Shown piece after piece: positions 10,471 through 22,316 of a stretch of DNA of 64,000 bases (the stretch's first letter is position 1; every line of letters starts with the position of its first letter). The translations under genes were made by a program, and so were the position numbers. Source of the stretch: Gammaproteobacteria bacterium bin55 (lineage in GTDB: Bacteria; Pseudomonadota; Gammaproteobacteria; Pseudomonadales; Azotimanducaceae); the NCBI GenBank assembly GCA_002238665.1, contig MPMU01000001.1, positions 25,075-89,074 on the forward strand, given 5' to 3'. The notes under the pieces were generated by a model. That model did no database searches. It was not told the DNA's origin and worked only from the letters and a program-made list of their open reading frames with translations.

Positions 10471-11115
10471 ATGACTTCAGAAATCCAAGGACTGAGTCTG
10501 GTGCCCATGGTGCTGGAACAGACGAGTCGAGGTGAACGTTCTTATGACATTTTTTCTCGATTACTTAAAGAACGGATCATCTTTATTGCGGGGCCAATCG
10601 ACGATGTGGTCGCTAATCTCGTAGTTGCCCAATTGTTATGGTGTGAATCTGAAAATCCAGATAAGGACATTCATCTATATATCAACTCACCCGGTGGCTC
10701 GGTAACTGCAGGATTGTCTATTTATGACACGATGCAGTTCATTCGGAGTCCTGTTGAGACCACCTGTGTCGGACAAGCAGCTAGTATGGGTGCTTTTCTA
10801 TTGGCAGCAGGCACACCAGGTAAACGATTTGCGCTTCCCAACGCCAGAATCATGCTTCACCAACCAGCAGGCGGATCGCGTGGTAATGCGTCAGATATCG
10901 AGATTCAGGCGCGGGAGATTCTTTTAATTCGAGACCGCCTGAATGAAATTTTGTCGAGACACACAAAGCGATCTGCGGAGCAAGTAGCCGAAGATACTGA
11001 CCGAGATTACTGGATGAGCCCTGTAGAAGCAGAAGAGTACGGAATCGTTGATAAAGTTCAATATGCAAGACAATTACCCGCAACGATGGCTACATCCAGT
11101 GGGCAAACTAGCTAG
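10471..11115 (+). CDS. clpP: ATP-dependent Clp protease proteolytic subunit
   Basis: Motifs [33 protein letters not shown] (catalytic Ser) and MLHQP. Confidence 0.95.
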   Translation: MTSEIQGLSLVPMVLEQTSRGERSYDIFSRLLKERIIFIAGPIDDVVANLVVAQLLWCESENPDKDIHLYINSPGGSVTAGLSIYDTMQFIRSPVETTCVGQAASMGAFLLAAGTPGKRFALPNARIMLHQPAGGSRGNASDIEIQAREILLIRDRLNEILSRHTKRSAEQVAEDTDRDYWMSPVEAEEYGIVDKVQYARQLPATMATSSGQTS

Positions 11116-11256
11116 CTTTGCGGATCGAAGCAATAGCCGCGTAAAAATTTGCAACATATAATCAATTTGGCAGTAAACCTAAAGCAAGGGGCACAGCAGG
11201 TACCCATTTGCAAAGAGAATCGGTTGACTGACAGGAAGTTATAGAGGTAGAAATTA

Positions 11257-12516
11257 ATGAGTGATGAACAAAGAGGCGTTCTTAGCTGTTCCTTTTGTCG
11301 TAAAGCACAACCAGAAGTTTTCAAACTTATTGCGAATGCCGGCGTAAATATCTGCGACGAATGTGTCGAACTATGTGTTGCAATCATTGACGAGGAACGG
11401 CGGAAGGATACCGCCGAGCCTCAAGTCGAGGAACGTCTCCCAGTACCCAAAGAGATTAACGAGTCACTGAACGATTACATCATCGGGCAGGGGCATGCGA
11501 AGAAGGTACTTTCAGTCGCGGTCTACAACCATTACAAGCGGCTGTTTTCCAACGGTACTGTCGATGGTGTGGAACTACAAAAGTCCAACATTCTGCTGAT
11601 TGGTCCTACTGGGTGTGGAAAGACCCTATTAGCTCAGACACTTGCTCGAACACTCAATGTACCGTTTACGATCGCTGATGCCACTACACTGACAGAAGCA
11701 GGATATGTAGGTGAAGATGTCGAGAACATCATCCAGAAACTCCTGCAGAAATGTGATTACGACGTTGCCAAAGCTTCCAACGGCATTGTTTACATTGACG
11801 AGATTGACAAGATTTCTCGCAAATCAGATCATCCCTCAATTACACGGGACGTATCAGGTGAGGGCGTACAGAACGCATTACTCAAACTAATTGAAGGAAC
11901 AACGGCAGCGATACCACCTGCTGGTGGACGTAAGCATCCACAGCAAGAATTCATTCAAATTGATACATCCAACATACTCTTCATTGTCGGGGGCGCATTC
12001 TCAGGATTGGAGAAAGTGATTCAACAGCGAACTGAAAAGAGTGGTATCGGATTTTCTGCGGATGTGATCGGCGAGTCTGACAGCAAAGACATCGGGGAAA
12101 CCCTCGAAAAAGTCGAACCGGAAGATCTAATCAAATATGGTTTGATTCCGGAGTTTGTAGGACGCTTACCGGTAGTGGCGACTCTGAATGAGTTAAGTAC
12201 GGAAGCGTTGCTCGAAATACTTACAGAACCAAAGAATGCACTAGTCAAGCAATACACCGCCTTGTTTGGAATGGAAGGGGTTGAAATAGACTTTCAACGG
12301 GATGCTTTGGAAGCAATCGCAATAAAAGCAGTTGAGCGTAAGACGGGTGCACGTGGATTACGCTCAATCCTTGAGGAAGTTCTGCTTGAGACGATGTACC
12401 AGATTCCGTCTGAGGAGAAAGGTTTACTCCGTGTGATCATCGACGAGAATGTTGTGAATAGTAAGTCAGACCCAATCAAGGTCTACGAAGGTGAGTCCGA
12501 TCGAAAGGCAAGCTAG
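11257..12516 (+). CDS. clpX: ATP-dependent Clp protease ATP-binding subunit ClpX
   Basis: Zinc-binding N-terminus CSFCRK...CDEC, Walker A GPTGCGKT, and IVYIDEIDK. Confidence 0.95.
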   Translation: MSDEQRGVLSCSFCRKAQPEVFKLIANAGVNICDECVELCVAIIDEERRKDTAEPQVEERLPVPKEINESLNDYIIGQGHAKKVLSVAVYNHYKRLFSNGTVDGVELQKSNILLIGPTGCGKTLLAQTLARTLNVPFTIADATTLTEAGYVGEDVENIIQKLLQKCDYDVAKASNGIVYIDEIDKISRKSDHPSITRDVSGEGVQNALLKLIEGTTAAIPPAGGRKHPQQEFIQIDTSNILFIVGGAFSGLEKVIQQRTEKSGIGFSADVIGESDSKDIGETLEKVEPEDLIKYGLIPEFVGRLPVVATLNELSTEALLEILTEPKNALVKQYTALFGMEGVEIDFQRDALEAIAIKAVERKTGARGLRSILEEVLLETMYQIPSEEKGLLRVIIDENVVNSKSDPIKVYEGESDRKAS

Positions 12517-12633
12517 CGCATTCCAAAATATTGAAGTAATAGTTGTATTACGATGCATATTTCATGATGAGAGGTTGGTTGCATCGGCCAATATTCAACT
12601 CTCATTTGACTGTTAAGTCTGGAGATTCAACGT

Positions 12634-12909
12634 ATGAATAAGTCCGATTTGGTCCGGGAAATGAGTACCGCGGCAAATATTTCCCAAGCTGACGCAGGAA
12701 GCGCACTCAATGCTCTCATTGGTGCAATCTCTGACGCGCTGGCAAACGGGGACAGAGTAAGTATTCCTGATTTTGGTTCGTTCGAGGTACGACACCGAGG
12801 AGCACGTTCAGGTCGCAACCCTCAAACTGGGGAAGCCATAGAAATTAAGGCATCTAAAAATGCCGCTTTTAAGGCAGGAAAAGCCCTGAAGACCAAACTG
12901 AATTCATAG
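12634..12909 (+). CDS. hupB: DNA-binding protein HU
   Basis: 91 aa with MNKSDLV...GFGSFEVRHRGARSGRNPQTGE. Position between clpX and ppiD. Confidence 0.9.
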   Translation: MNKSDLVREMSTAANISQADAGSALNALIGAISDALANGDRVSIPDFGSFEVRHRGARSGRNPQTGEAIEIKASKNAAFKAGKALKTKLNS

Positions 12910-12967
12910 GAAAACCCAACCTCTGGTTTTTCCGCCGTCGCGAAAGTTGCGGACAAAACTTACTTGG

Positions 12968-13005
12968 CACCGAGCTCTTCCTTTGTGGAGGGACTCGGTG
13001 TTTTT
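12968..13005 (+). terminator. Rho-independent terminator after hupB
   Basis: Arms CACCGAG/CTCGGTG enclose a GC-rich stem and are followed by TTTTT. Confidence 0.6.
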
Positions 13006-13058
13006 GGTTGGTCAGACTAAACTTCACTATCCAAAAATCTGTGTAAATACATCTCAGA

Positions 13059-14993
13059 ATGCTTCAGAAAATTAGATCAAAATCAAGTTCGTTCGGTGCT
13101 AAATTGCTCGCCGGAATCATTTGCTTTGTGCTTGCCGTATTTGGCTTCGGTGCCTTTAATCTCTTTTCCGTGACTGAGCCGGCTGCCGCTTCCGTAAATG
13201 GTGACGATATTACGTTGAGAGAACTCTCTGCGACAATTGACAGAGAGAAACGACGCATGGAAGAAATCTACGGTACTGATCTGGACCAGGCGACCATGGA
13301 TTTGATTATCAATGAACCCAACCTGCTGGATCAGTTGATTAACCGAAAGCTTCTTGAACAGAATGCCGCAGACATGAAGCTCGTTAACTCACGACGTGAA
13401 TTTCTTCGTCGAATTGAGAATGATTCTCTCTTCCAGGATGATGGTGAGTTCAGCATTGACCGCTATCGCCAGGTTCTCGCATCGTCAGGCTATTCGATCC
13501 AAAACTATGAAAAACTCGTTGAGCAGGACAGCGTAGTCAATCAGTTGACTGAAATAGCACAGAAGACTGCCTTCGTGACTCCTCGCGAAAAACGAGAAAG
13601 TGCTGGATTGCAGGAGCAGGTTCGAGACATCGCCTATATGGAGTTCAATGCTGATGAATTTACGGAAGGTATTGACATCGATGAGTCGGAAGTCCAGACT
13701 TACTACGAGTTCAATCAAGATGAATTCATTTCAGAAGAATCGTTTGTCTTCGAAGTGATAGAGCTCACCAAAGGTTCTTTCTCTGATCAAGTCGAGATTT
13801 CTGAAGAAGATTTGCAGAGTTACTACGACACAACTGTTGAAGCAGAGCAATCCAACGCACAGCGAAGAGGTTCACACATTCTGTTGCATGTGGATGAAAC
13901 GAGAACGACCGAGGAAGCGATTTCGCAATTGAATGAGTTCAAGCGGCAAGTGGAAGCAGGGGAGGCGGAATTTTCTGACCTAGCGACAGAACATTCACAA
14001 GATGCTGGTTCTGGGACAAATGGTGGTGACTTAGGGATGACCGCGCGTGGTGTGTTCGTCAAGCCATTTGAGGAAGCACTTTGGAGTTTGGAAGTTAACG
14101 CTATTTCCGAGCCTGTGGAAAGTCAATTTGGCGTCCACTTGATTCAGTTGCTTGAAATTGAAGAGATTGAATCGTTGCCTCTTGACGAGCGACGCGAAGA
14201 ACTGGAAAATAGCTTGAAGAACGAACGAGCGGAGGAGCCGTATCGGGAAGCAATGGGCGAACTCGACAAATTAGCATTTGAGTCCCCCGATTCACTTGAG
14301 CCAGTCGGTGCCGCTCTTTCAGTGGACATTACCACCTATGAAGACATCACTCGATCCACCACCGATGGCATATTTGAATCTTGGCGTGTACGTGAAGTTT
14401 TATTCACAGATGACGTTGTTCTTAACAGATACAACAGTAAACCTGTCGAAATCGGTACAGAGAAGGTCGTGGTTGGTCGAGTAGCGGCTTATACACCTCC
14501 ACAACAGTTGGTATTTGAGGATGTCCAGGAACAGATTGTGGAACAGCTAACCAAAGAACAGGCTAGTGAGAAGGCAGACGATTTGCTTACTAAAGCTATT
14601 GCAGAGCTTGATGAGAACTTGGATTTCGGTGCAATTGAAACACTTACTGGCTTGACGTGGAATCGACATGAAAAAATCAAACGGGATGAGATCTCGGTTG
14701 AGTTCGATATTCGAGAAAAAGCATTTGAATCTTCGTTACCTGCACCTGATGGAAGAGCTTATTTCCGAGTACCGGGTGCAGATGATTCGAGCACGGAATA
14801 TTTGGTTGTTGTTTCTAACGTCGAGTTAGGTGACTATGAAGCGATGACAGAAGAGGACCGAAACCGATTGAATGAAAATCTTGCAGGTAGTTCAGAAACG
14901 AGAGAAATCTCAAACTACCTCATTTCACTAAGGGAAAATGCTTCTCTGCAATATATGCCCTTAGGTGACCTTGGTGATGACTCCACGAACTAG
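13059..14993 (+). CDS. ppiD: Periplasmic chaperone / peptidyl-prolyl isomerase PpiD
   Basis: N-terminal membrane anchor and parvulin-like core (RRGSHILL...GGDLG). 644 aa. Synteny after hupB. Confidence 0.85.
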   Translation: MLQKIRSKSSSFGAKLLAGIICFVLAVFGFGAFNLFSVTEPAAASVNGDDITLRELSATIDREKRRMEEIYGTDLDQATMDLIINEPNLLDQLINRKLLEQNAADMKLVNSRREFLRRIENDSLFQDDGEFSIDRYRQVLASSGYSIQNYEKLVEQDSVVNQLTEIAQKTAFVTPREKRESAGLQEQVRDIAYMEFNADEFTEGIDIDESEVQTYYEFNQDEFISEESFVFEVIELTKGSFSDQVEISEEDLQSYYDTTVEAEQSNAQRRGSHILLHVDETRTTEEAISQLNEFKRQVEAGEAEFSDLATEHSQDAGSGTNGGDLGMTARGVFVKPFEEALWSLEVNAISEPVESQFGVHLIQLLEIEEIESLPLDERREELENSLKNERAEEPYREAMGELDKLAFESPDSLEPVGAALSVDITTYEDITRSTTDGIFESWRVREVLFTDDVVLNRYNSKPVEIGTEKVVVGRVAAYTPPQQLVFEDVQEQIVEQLTKEQASEKADDLLTKAIAELDENLDFGAIETLTGLTWNRHEKIKRDEISVEFDIREKAFESSLPAPDGRAYFRVPGADDSSTEYLVVVSNVELGDYEAMTEEDRNRLNENLAGSSETREISNYLISLRENASLQYMPLGDLGDDSTN

Positions 14994-15061
14994 CTCATTG
15001 AGTTCATAACCCCAACTAAGTCGCTTCCAAAGTGACAAATGCTGTCATAAATAGGAAATCA

Positions 15062-15511
15062 ATGAAGTACACCATCTACACTGACGGCGCTTGCATAAAC
15101 AATCCTGGCCCCGGCGGATGGGCTGCGTTGATTCGTACTGAAGAGGGGGAGAAGGTGATCCAAGGCGGAGCACCCGAAACCACGAATAATCGCATGGAGA
15201 TGATGGCGGTAATTGAAGCACTCAAAGGGTTGGACGCCAATGCCGAGGTTCAGTTGTTTTCCGATTCAAAGTACGTAGTCAACGGCATCACGCAATGGTT
15301 ACCAAACTGGAAGAAGAATAGGTGGCAAACCTCGAGTGGATCTAGTGTTAAAAACCATGATCTTTGGCGACAGCTTGATTCCCAAAACTCTCGGCTACAA
15401 GTAAGGTGGAACTGGGTGAAAGCTCACAGTGGTCACCCGGAGAACGAGTTGGTCGATCAAAAAGCACAGGAATACGCACAGAGATTGAAAGTGTCTCGCA
15501 GTAATGACTGA
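15062..15511 (+). CDS. rnhA: Ribonuclease HI
   Basis: Motifs YTDGAC..NPGPGGWA, TNNRMEMMA, DSKYV and HSGHPENELVD. ATG at 15062 is preferred over the in-frame GTG at 15032. Confidence 0.9.
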   Translation: MKYTIYTDGACINNPGPGGWAALIRTEEGEKVIQGGAPETTNNRMEMMAVIEALKGLDANAEVQLFSDSKYVVNGITQWLPNWKKNRWQTSSGSSVKNHDLWRQLDSQNSRLQVRWNWVKAHSGHPENELVDQKAQEYAQRLKVSRSND

Positions 15512-15597
15512 GAGAACCAGCGGACAGCACTTATGTCGCGTGAGAAACTGCATCATGTTGTTCATGCCGATCTTCAGTACAGCACAGGTGATTTAAC

Positions 15598-16290
15598 ATG
15601 AACTCTGATCGTAAGGTGGTGCTAGACACTGAGACTACCGGTTTATCCGTCGAAGAAGGAGACCGAGTGATCGAAATCGGCATGGTAGAGTTGGACCACG
15701 GTGTACGGACTGGTAAGGAATTTCACCATTATCTGAACCCGGGTGATCGGCTCATTTCCACCGCCTCAGAAAACGTACATGGCTTGACAAATCAGTTTTT
15801 GAAAGATAAGCCAACGTTTAAGCAAGTTGTTCAGGAGTTCGTTGATTTCGTAAATGGTGCAGAATTGGTCATTCACAATGCAGAGTTCGATTTGGGCTTT
15901 TTGAATGCTGAATTGGAGCGTGTTGGTGTTCGCCAAAAACTAGAGGAACTCTGTCACGTTATTGACACATTGGTGATCGCAAGGAAGAGATTTCGTGGCG
16001 CTCGAGCGAACCTGAACGCATTGTGTAATAGGTTTGGTATTCGATACGTCGAGAGTCGAGAGAAGCATGGCGCACTGTTAGACGCTCAATTATTGGCAGA
16101 CGTCTACATTGCAATGCAACATGGTGCTGATTTGGAGTTACAGGAAATCCAATCAGAAGAATTTGGTGATGGGATGGTCACCGACTTCTCGACGATAGAG
16201 CGGAATCCCACGATTATTCAAGCTACGGATGAAGAGTTAGATTTGCACCAGCAAATTCTCGACGGACTAGGTACAGCGTCAGATAACTGA
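15598..16290 (+). CDS. dnaQ: DNA polymerase III epsilon subunit (3'-5' exonuclease)
   Basis: Exo motifs VVLDTETTGL, VIHNAEFDLGFL and HGALLDAQLLADVY. Confidence 0.9.
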   Translation: MNSDRKVVLDTETTGLSVEEGDRVIEIGMVELDHGVRTGKEFHHYLNPGDRLISTASENVHGLTNQFLKDKPTFKQVVQEFVDFVNGAELVIHNAEFDLGFLNAELERVGVRQKLEELCHVIDTLVIARKRFRGARANLNALCNRFGIRYVESREKHGALLDAQLLADVYIAMQHGADLELQEIQSEEFGDGMVTDFSTIERNPTIIQATDEELDLHQQILDGLGTASDN

Positions 16291-16529
16291 CCTCGCGTAC
16301 TTTGACATGGCAAAGACGCCTTTAATTGTTTCTGTGTGCTCTCAGAAAACCCCTACATTTCTTGAATTGAAAGATCGGAGAGAATGCACTTTTTTTGTGT
16401 ATGCATCCTCACTCCAACTACAAGGCAAGTCCAGTCGTGCAGCAGTGCCTGTAGGAGAAAGCTAGCTAATTTGCTTTAGGTAGCTCCAGGTTTTTCGAGT
16501 TTTTCTTGAGGATGATCTCTGTCTTCAAG

Positions 16530-18047
16530 TTACAGCAGGAATTTGACTGCTAGCCATCCTGTGAGTCCCATGGTGAAGAAATAAGGTAGAGCCATGTAAA
16601 CCATTCTGCCATACGATAGGTGAATCATTGGCGCTACAGATGAAGTCAGCAAGAACAGGAATGCCGCCTGTCCGTTTGGCGTCAATACGCTGGGGATATT
16701 GGTGCCTGTATTGATAGCAATCCCCAACAGATTCAGATGATCTCGATCTATTACGCCAGCGTTAAACGCATCTTCTGCTTGACTGATATATATGGATGCA
16801 ACGAAGACATTGTCACTTATTGCGGAAAGCAAACCATTTGCTATGTAAAAAACACTTGGTTGTGTGTCTAACGGGAGAGAAAGTACGTAATCCATTACTG
16901 GTTGGAAAAGATGCTGACTTTCAATCACGGCGACGATTACAAAAAACACGGCTAGCAACGCGGTAAAAGGTAACGCCTCACGAAATGCGTGGCCAAGGTC
17001 GTGTTCTTCGGTCACACCGTTCATCGCAGTCTGGAGCACAATGACGGCTAGACCGATGATTCCTACTTCAGCAAGATGGAATCCAAGTGCCACTACAAGA
17101 AAAACGCCTGCTAATGCCTGCATGAGCAACTTTGTCTTGAACTGCTTGGTCATTTGGGCTGCCTCATCGCGTCCCCATTCCTCGAGAACGACGCGGACGT
17201 TTTCAGGTAGAGTAGCGCCATAAGCAAAAGTCTTGGTAACCTCAAGTAGTAGACAAGTCAGAATCCCTACTACAAATACCGGCATCGTGATAGGTGCCAT
17301 CCGGATCACAAACTCCATGAACTCCCAACCCAGTACTTTTGCAATCAGTAGATTTTGGGGCTCCCCAACCATTGTCATCACGCCTCCTAACGCAGTACCT
17401 ACGGCGGCATGCATCAGAAGACTGCGAAGAAAACGACGAAAATTATCAAGATCTGATTCATGGTCCGCTTCTGCAGTGGAGCCTTCCTTGAATTCATCCA
17501 CCTCTTTGTAGAGTTCATAAAACTCTTCATAGACTCTGTAGAAGCCAACTGCTACGCTGATGATGACTGCAGCGACAGTCAATGCATCCAGAAAAGCTGA
17601 AAGAACAGCTGCGACAGATGAAAACAACAGAGACAGAAGAATCTTGGATCGAACAAATATCAACACCTTCGTGAAGATAAATATCAGCAAGTCCTTCATG
17701 AAGTAAATAGCCGCAACCATGAACATCAACAGCAAAAGCACTGGGAACGCTTTTTCCAGTTCTTCGAAGACCATCTGCGGCGTGGTCAATGTCATGAAGA
17801 CCGCTTCGATCGCTAATAGTCCACCCGGTGCCAATGGGTAGCATGAAAGTGACATTGCTAATACAAAAATAAACTCGCCGACGAGCAACCAACCCGCAAT
17901 GACAAAGCCGTATTCAGGTATGAGTAGAACAAACGGATTGACTATCAGGAAGATAAGAATCGTTTGTTTGTACCAGTGCGGTGATTTACCTAGGAAGTTG
18001 ACTAGGACTGCGGAGAAGTAAGTATCTGTTTGGCTAGAAGAGTTCAA
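16530..18047 (-). CDS. nhaB: Na+/H+ antiporter NhaB
   Basis: 505-aa polytopic membrane protein. The N-terminus [14 protein letters not shown] is typical of NhaB. Confidence 0.8.
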   Translation of the reverse strand: MNSSSQTDTYFSAVLVNFLGKSPHWYKQTILIFLIVNPFVLLIPEYGFVIAGWLLVGEFIFVLAMSLSCYPLAPGGLLAIEAVFMTLTTPQMVFEELEKAFPVLLLLMFMVAAIYFMKDLLIFIFTKVLIFVRSKILLSLLFSSVAAVLSAFLDALTVAAVIISVAVGFYRVYEEFYELYKEVDEFKEGSTAEADHESDLDNFRRFLRSLLMHAAVGTALGGVMTMVGEPQNLLIAKVLGWEFMEFVIRMAPITMPVFVVGILTCLLLEVTKTFAYGATLPENVRVVLEEWGRDEAAQMTKQFKTKLLMQALAGVFLVVALGFHLAEVGIIGLAVIVLQTAMNGVTEEHDLGHAFREALPFTALLAVFFVIVAVIESQHLFQPVMDYVLSLPLDTQPSVFYIANGLLSAISDNVFVASIYISQAEDAFNAGVIDRDHLNLLGIAINTGTNIPSVLTPNGQAAFLFLLTSSVAPMIHLSYGRMVYMALPYFFTMGLTGWLAVKFLL

Positions 18048-18256
18048 AACACCAGTCTTATTAACTGAAAAGGAGTATGGGATTTGACTCTCATCAGTTG
18101 ATGAGCAGTCTGGGTGGAGATAATTGTAATTTCTCCAAAACTCAGTATTTCAGTATGAGCAGTTCCACTCGATTGAGTACACAACTTTGGCCACGCGATC
18201 CTGGGCAGTTTATTTCTCTACCTAAGTCGGAAGAACCTGAATCAGATGGCGATTCA

Positions 18257-19018
18257 ATGTACTTTACGGTAATGGCGGGCGAGCTCTTATCTATTCTCGA
18301 AGCAGGCATCCCGAGACCGGTTACGGCGGATGAGTTCATGTGGCTTGACGTTGAAGTCAAACATAAGATGTTTCTAGGTACGTTGAGAGGAAAGAACTGC
18401 TATGTGTTGAGCGCTACGGGGTCCGTACCAAAGGAATATGTGTTATCACCGTTGAGATCCTGGTTAGGAAGGGTAGAACCAGACATGTTCTATCTCGCGG
18501 GACGATCAGTGCAATTGATCGAGTGGTTACAAAACCATCGCTACTGCGGACGCTGTGGAGAACCCACTAAGGAAGACAACAATGATCGTGCACTGGTATG
18601 TCCTAGCTGCAACTTAGTGAGTTATCCTCGACTCAGCCCCAGTATCATCGTACTTGTAAGAAAAGGTAAACAAGCGCTTCTAGCTCGGAATCGTTCATGG
18701 CAATCTGGTTTCTTCAGTACTTTAGCTGGTTTTGTTGAACCCGGTGAGTCGATCGAGCAGACTGTTCATAGAGAGGTAAAAGAGGAAGTAGGGATTGAAG
18801 TAACCAACCTTCGGTATCTCGGCAGTCAGTCCTGGCCGTTTCCAAATTCTCTAATGCTTGGATTCCATGCGGACTATCTCTCGGGCGAATTTCATTACCG
18901 AGACGGTGAAATATCCGAGGCTAGATGGTTCGATATCGACGATTTTCCTAATATCCCTGGTGGTACCGCAATTTCACGTTGGCTCATTGACGAGTTCGTT
19001 CAAGAAGTCAGAGGCTAG
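18257..19018 (+). CDS. nudC: NAD-capping/NADH pyrophosphatase NudC
   Basis: Zinc ribbon CGRCG...CPSC and Nudix box GFVEPGESIEQTVHREVKEEVG. The ORF is open from 18077, but ATG 18257 aligns the zinc ribbon to the E. coli NudC spacing. Confidence 0.85.
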   Translation: MYFTVMAGELLSILEAGIPRPVTADEFMWLDVEVKHKMFLGTLRGKNCYVLSATGSVPKEYVLSPLRSWLGRVEPDMFYLAGRSVQLIEWLQNHRYCGRCGEPTKEDNNDRALVCPSCNLVSYPRLSPSIIVLVRKGKQALLARNRSWQSGFFSTLAGFVEPGESIEQTVHREVKEEVGIEVTNLRYLGSQSWPFPNSLMLGFHADYLSGEFHYRDGEISEARWFDIDDFPNIPGGTAISRWLIDEFVQEVRG

Positions 19019-19020
19019 TC

Positions 19021-19048
19021 AAAAAAAGACCCTCCGAATCGGAGGGTC
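19021..19048 (-). terminator. Rho-independent terminator after aceA (also closes nudC)
   Basis: GACCCTCCG-AAT-CGGAGGGTC 9-bp stem, followed on the minus strand by a T7 run (A7 at 19021-19027). Confidence 0.65.
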
Positions 19049-19074
19049 CGTTGAAAGGGTAAAGAAGGGGGAAG

Positions 19075-20406
19075 CTAGACCCGCGCTAGTTCATCCTGAT
19101 CTTGGTTGAATTGCTCTTCCTCAGTGGATCCAGTTAGTGCAGTTACTGAAGACTGACCACCTTGAATAACGTTGGCAACTTCGTCAAAGTATCCTGTCCC
19201 AACTTCCTGTTGGTGACTAACGAAGGTATAGCCGCGATTTTGCGCCTCAAATTCTTTTTCTTGCAATTCAACATAAGCGGTCATGTTGTTTTCAACATAG
19301 TTGGATGCCAGATCGTACATGTTGTACCACATGCTATGAATCCCTGCGAGCGTAATGAACTGAAACTTGTAGCCCATAGCTGAGAGCTCATGTTGGAACT
19401 TGGCGATCGTTGCGTCGTCTAGATTCGCACGCCAGTTAAAGCTAGGTGAGCAGTTGTATGCAAGCATCTGGTTCGGGTATTGGTCGTGAATGGCGTCGGC
19501 AAATCGCTTTGCTTCCTCTAAATCAGGAACCGCTGTTTCGCACCAAATGAGATCAGAATAAGGTGCATAGGCTAATCCTCGTGCAATTGCCTGATCCAGT
19601 CCCGCTCGAGTGAGATAGAACCCTTCTGGAGTCCGTTCGCCAGTAAGGAACTGTTGATCGTTCTCGTCGATGTCACTGGTGACCATATTTGCGGCATTGG
19701 CATCGGTCCTGGCCATTAGTAATGTGGGAACATCGCAAACATCTGCGGCAAGTCTTGCTGCTGCTAATTTTTGGACTGCTTCAGTGGTTGGTACTAGGAC
19801 TTTTCCACCCATATGTCCACACTTTTTCACGGAAGCCAGTTGATCTTCGAAGTGAACACCTGCAGCGCCGGCGCTGATCATGGACTTCATCAGCTCAAAT
19901 GCGTTAAGAACGCCACCGAAACCAGCTTCAGCATCGGCTACTATAGGAGCATAGTAGTCAATACCATCGTCGATGCCTTTGGACCACTGAATCTCGTCAG
20001 CTCGTCGAAACGCATTATTAATCCGATTAACAACTGTCGGGACTGAATTCACAGCATACAGCGATTGGTCAGGGTACATAGATTCGGAAGTATTCGCATC
20101 TGCAGCGACCTGCCAGCCTGACAAGTAGATTGCTTTGATGCCTGCTTTGACCTGCTGTACTGCTTGACCGCCAGTCAACGCACCTAGGCAATTGATAAAT
20201 TCTTCAGTCTGCAACAAATCCCACAGTTTGTCTGCACCATGTGCTGCAAGCATGGAACGGTGAGGAATCGTGCCACGTAGACGTACTACATCCTCAGCAG
20301 TGTATCCGCGTTTTACATCAAACCATCGTGGGTTGGTGTCCCATTCGAGTTGAAGATCTCGTATTTGATCAGCTCGGGGTTTCCGAGGTATGTAGTGAAG
20401 CGCCAT
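19075..20406 (-). CDS. aceA: Isocitrate lyase
   Basis: 443 aa carrying the ICL signature KKCGHMGGK. Confidence 0.95.
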   Translation of the reverse strand: MALHYIPRKPRADQIRDLQLEWDTNPRWFDVKRGYTAEDVVRLRGTIPHRSMLAAHGADKLWDLLQTEEFINCLGALTGGQAVQQVKAGIKAIYLSGWQVAADANTSESMYPDQSLYAVNSVPTVVNRINNAFRRADEIQWSKGIDDGIDYYAPIVADAEAGFGGVLNAFELMKSMISAGAAGVHFEDQLASVKKCGHMGGKVLVPTTEAVQKLAAARLAADVCDVPTLLMARTDANAANMVTSDIDENDQQFLTGERTPEGFYLTRAGLDQAIARGLAYAPYSDLIWCETAVPDLEEAKRFADAIHDQYPNQMLAYNCSPSFNWRANLDDATIAKFQHELSAMGYKFQFITLAGIHSMWYNMYDLASNYVENNMTAYVELQEKEFEAQNRGYTFVSHQQEVGTGYFDEVANVIQGGQSSVTALTGSTEEEQFNQDQDELARV

Positions 20407-20508
20407 GGCTATACCCGTTGTTAAAAATGGCGAATTGTATCAATGCGAAAAATGAAGTAAATTCAATATTTGTATTCCAAAAAGGAATTGGTAGCTTTGG
20501 ACGACGGA

Positions 20509-20943
20509 CTAATCCGCAATTACCATCTCTCGGTGGACGATTCCCGCGTCCATAAATTCTTCGCCGCGAGCAGTAAATCCATGTCGTTCATAGAAGGGCA
20601 TTGCATGAGTCTGCGCGTGCAGAAAGATCTGTGAGTAATCGTTCTGTCTAGCAAATTCAAGGATATGTGAGAGGATTAGCGATCCAACTCCTTTGTTTCG
20701 ATAGCCCTGAAGTACTGCCATTCGACCTATTTGCCCAGAAGGGAGTAATCTTCCAGTACCAATAGGTAGATCGTCTAAATGGCTTGCGAGGAAGTGAGCG
20801 CTGGTGTCATCCATGCCATCCAACTCTAGCTCTAAGGGAACCTTCTGTTCTACTACAAATACCACGTACCGAAGTAGCTGGAGTACTCCTTTTGATTTTT
20901 TCCATTCAACAGTCTCTACTGTGAGATCGGAGGTAAGAGACAT
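20509..20943 (-). CDS. GNAT family N-acetyltransferase
   Basis: 144 aa with acetyl-CoA binding motif RMAVLQGYRNKGVGSLIL. Confidence 0.8.
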   Translation of the reverse strand: MSLTSDLTVETVEWKKSKGVLQLLRYVVFVVEQKVPLELELDGMDDTSAHFLASHLDDLPIGTGRLLPSGQIGRMAVLQGYRNKGVGSLILSHILEFARQNDYSQIFLHAQTHAMPFYERHGFTARGEEFMDAGIVHREMVIAD

Positions 20944-20948
20944 CAGGG

Positions 20949-22316
20949 TTATTCCGAGATGATATTCCGGAGAGTGAGATGCCTGGCTAGGCCGATATAG
21001 GTTGCTGGTGTGAGACTCAATAGAACCTCTCTTCCTTCACGAGACAAGGGTAGCTCATGGATGATCTGTCTGTACATGTCCTGGTCTAGAGCTTGCCCTC
21101 TTGTCACGGACTTGATCTGTTCATAAGCATCTGCGATACCTTCTTTTCTCATAACTGTCTGGATGGCTTCCGCAAGAACTTCCCATGAATTGAAAAGACT
21201 CTCGCTTAAGCGATTTTCATCGATCTCCAATTTTTTCAAGCCTCTGAGCGTGCGACTGTACACAGTCAAGCAATAACCAAGCGCTGATCCTAGATTGCGC
21301 TGAACGGTGGAATCTGAAAGGTCGCGTTGTAGTCGAGAGACGGGAAGTTTCTGAGCTAGATGAGTTAGCAATGAGTTCGCTATACCGACATTGCCCTCAG
21401 CATTCTCGAAATCAATTGGATTGACTTTGTGCGGCATCGTAGAGCTACCTACCTCACCCTTGACCACCTTTAACTTGAAAAATGCCATCGAGATGTAGGT
21501 CCAAATATCTCGGCATAGATCCAAGATGACTTGGTTATAGCCACTCAAAGCGTTGCAATATCTGGCGATGCAATCATGCGGTTCGATTTGAGTTGTAAGG
21601 ATGTTTGGTTTGAGGCCTAATCCTCGGATAAATTGACCGGTAACTGCTGGCCAATCGGTGGTAGGTGAAGCTACGACGTGAGCGTTGTAATTGCCAACCG
21701 CTCCATTGAATTTACCGTAAATCTCAGTATGAGCTAGTTCCCAATACCATTGGCTCAATCTATGTTGAAATATCGCAAGCTCTTTTCCCATGGTAGTTGG
21801 TGAAGCCGTCTGTCCGTGAGTATGTGCCAGCATTGCTACACCGGCGTATTGGATGGACATTTCCTGAAGTTGGCGTTCTACCTTACTCATAGCTGGAGTG
21901 AGCAGATCATCTCGAATCTGAACCAGCATGAGTGCGTAGGCTAGATTGTTAATGTCTTCTGAAGTGCAGCAGAAATGCACCAGTTCGAGATTTAGTGGAT
22001 GGTTAGACGCGCTGAGTTTTTCTCTTACAAAGTACTCGACTGCTTTTACATCGTGATTAGTTTGACGCTCAAGTTCCACCACTCGTTTTGCATCTTCTCC
22101 GTTAAAGCTCCGATAAATTTGCCGAAAAGTATCTACCAACGAAGGAGGCAGTGGTTCCTTTGCTATTTCTGGGCAAGATTGGTGGAGGTGCAAAAACCAC
22201 TCGATTTCCACTTGCACGCGATAACGGATTAGAGCTTTTTCACTCGCATATTCGGACAAATTGCCTACATCGCGTAAATATCGGCCATCAACAACCGAAA
22301 TGGATTCAATACTCAT
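20949..22316 (-). CDS. purB: Adenylosuccinate lyase
   Basis: 455 aa with fumarate-lyase signature GSSTMPHKVNP. Confidence 0.95.
   Translation of the reverse strand: MSIESISVVDGRYLRDVGNLSEYASEKALIRYRVQVEIEWFLHLHQSCPEIAKEPLPPSLVDTFRQIYRSFNGEDAKRVVELERQTNHDVKAVEYFVREKLSASNHPLNLELVHFCCTSEDINNLAYALMLVQIRDDLLTPAMSKVERQLQEMSIQYAGVAMLAHTHGQTASPTTMGKELAIFQHRLSQWYWELAHTEIYGKFNGAVGNYNAHVVASPTTDWPAVTGQFIRGLGLKPNILTTQIEPHDCIARYCNALSGYNQVILDLCRDIWTYISMAFFKLKVVKGEVGSSTMPHKVNPIDFENAEGNVGIANSLLTHLAQKLPVSRLQRDLSDSTVQRNLGSALGYCLTVYSRTLRGLKKLEIDENRLSESLFNSWEVLAEAIQTVMRKEGIADAYEQIKSVTRGQALDQDMYRQIIHELPLSREGREVLLSLTPATYIGLARHLTLRNIISE

Noticed and set aside
15032-15061. GTG-initiated 10-codon N-terminal extension of rnhA
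   Set aside because: ATG 15062 gives MKYTIYTDGAC, matching the canonical RNase HI N-terminus.
18077-18256. 60-codon N-terminal extension of nudC
   Set aside because: It would leave only 29 nt for the divergent nhaB/nudC promoters. Starting at ATG 18257 matches the E. coli NudC spacing to the zinc ribbon.
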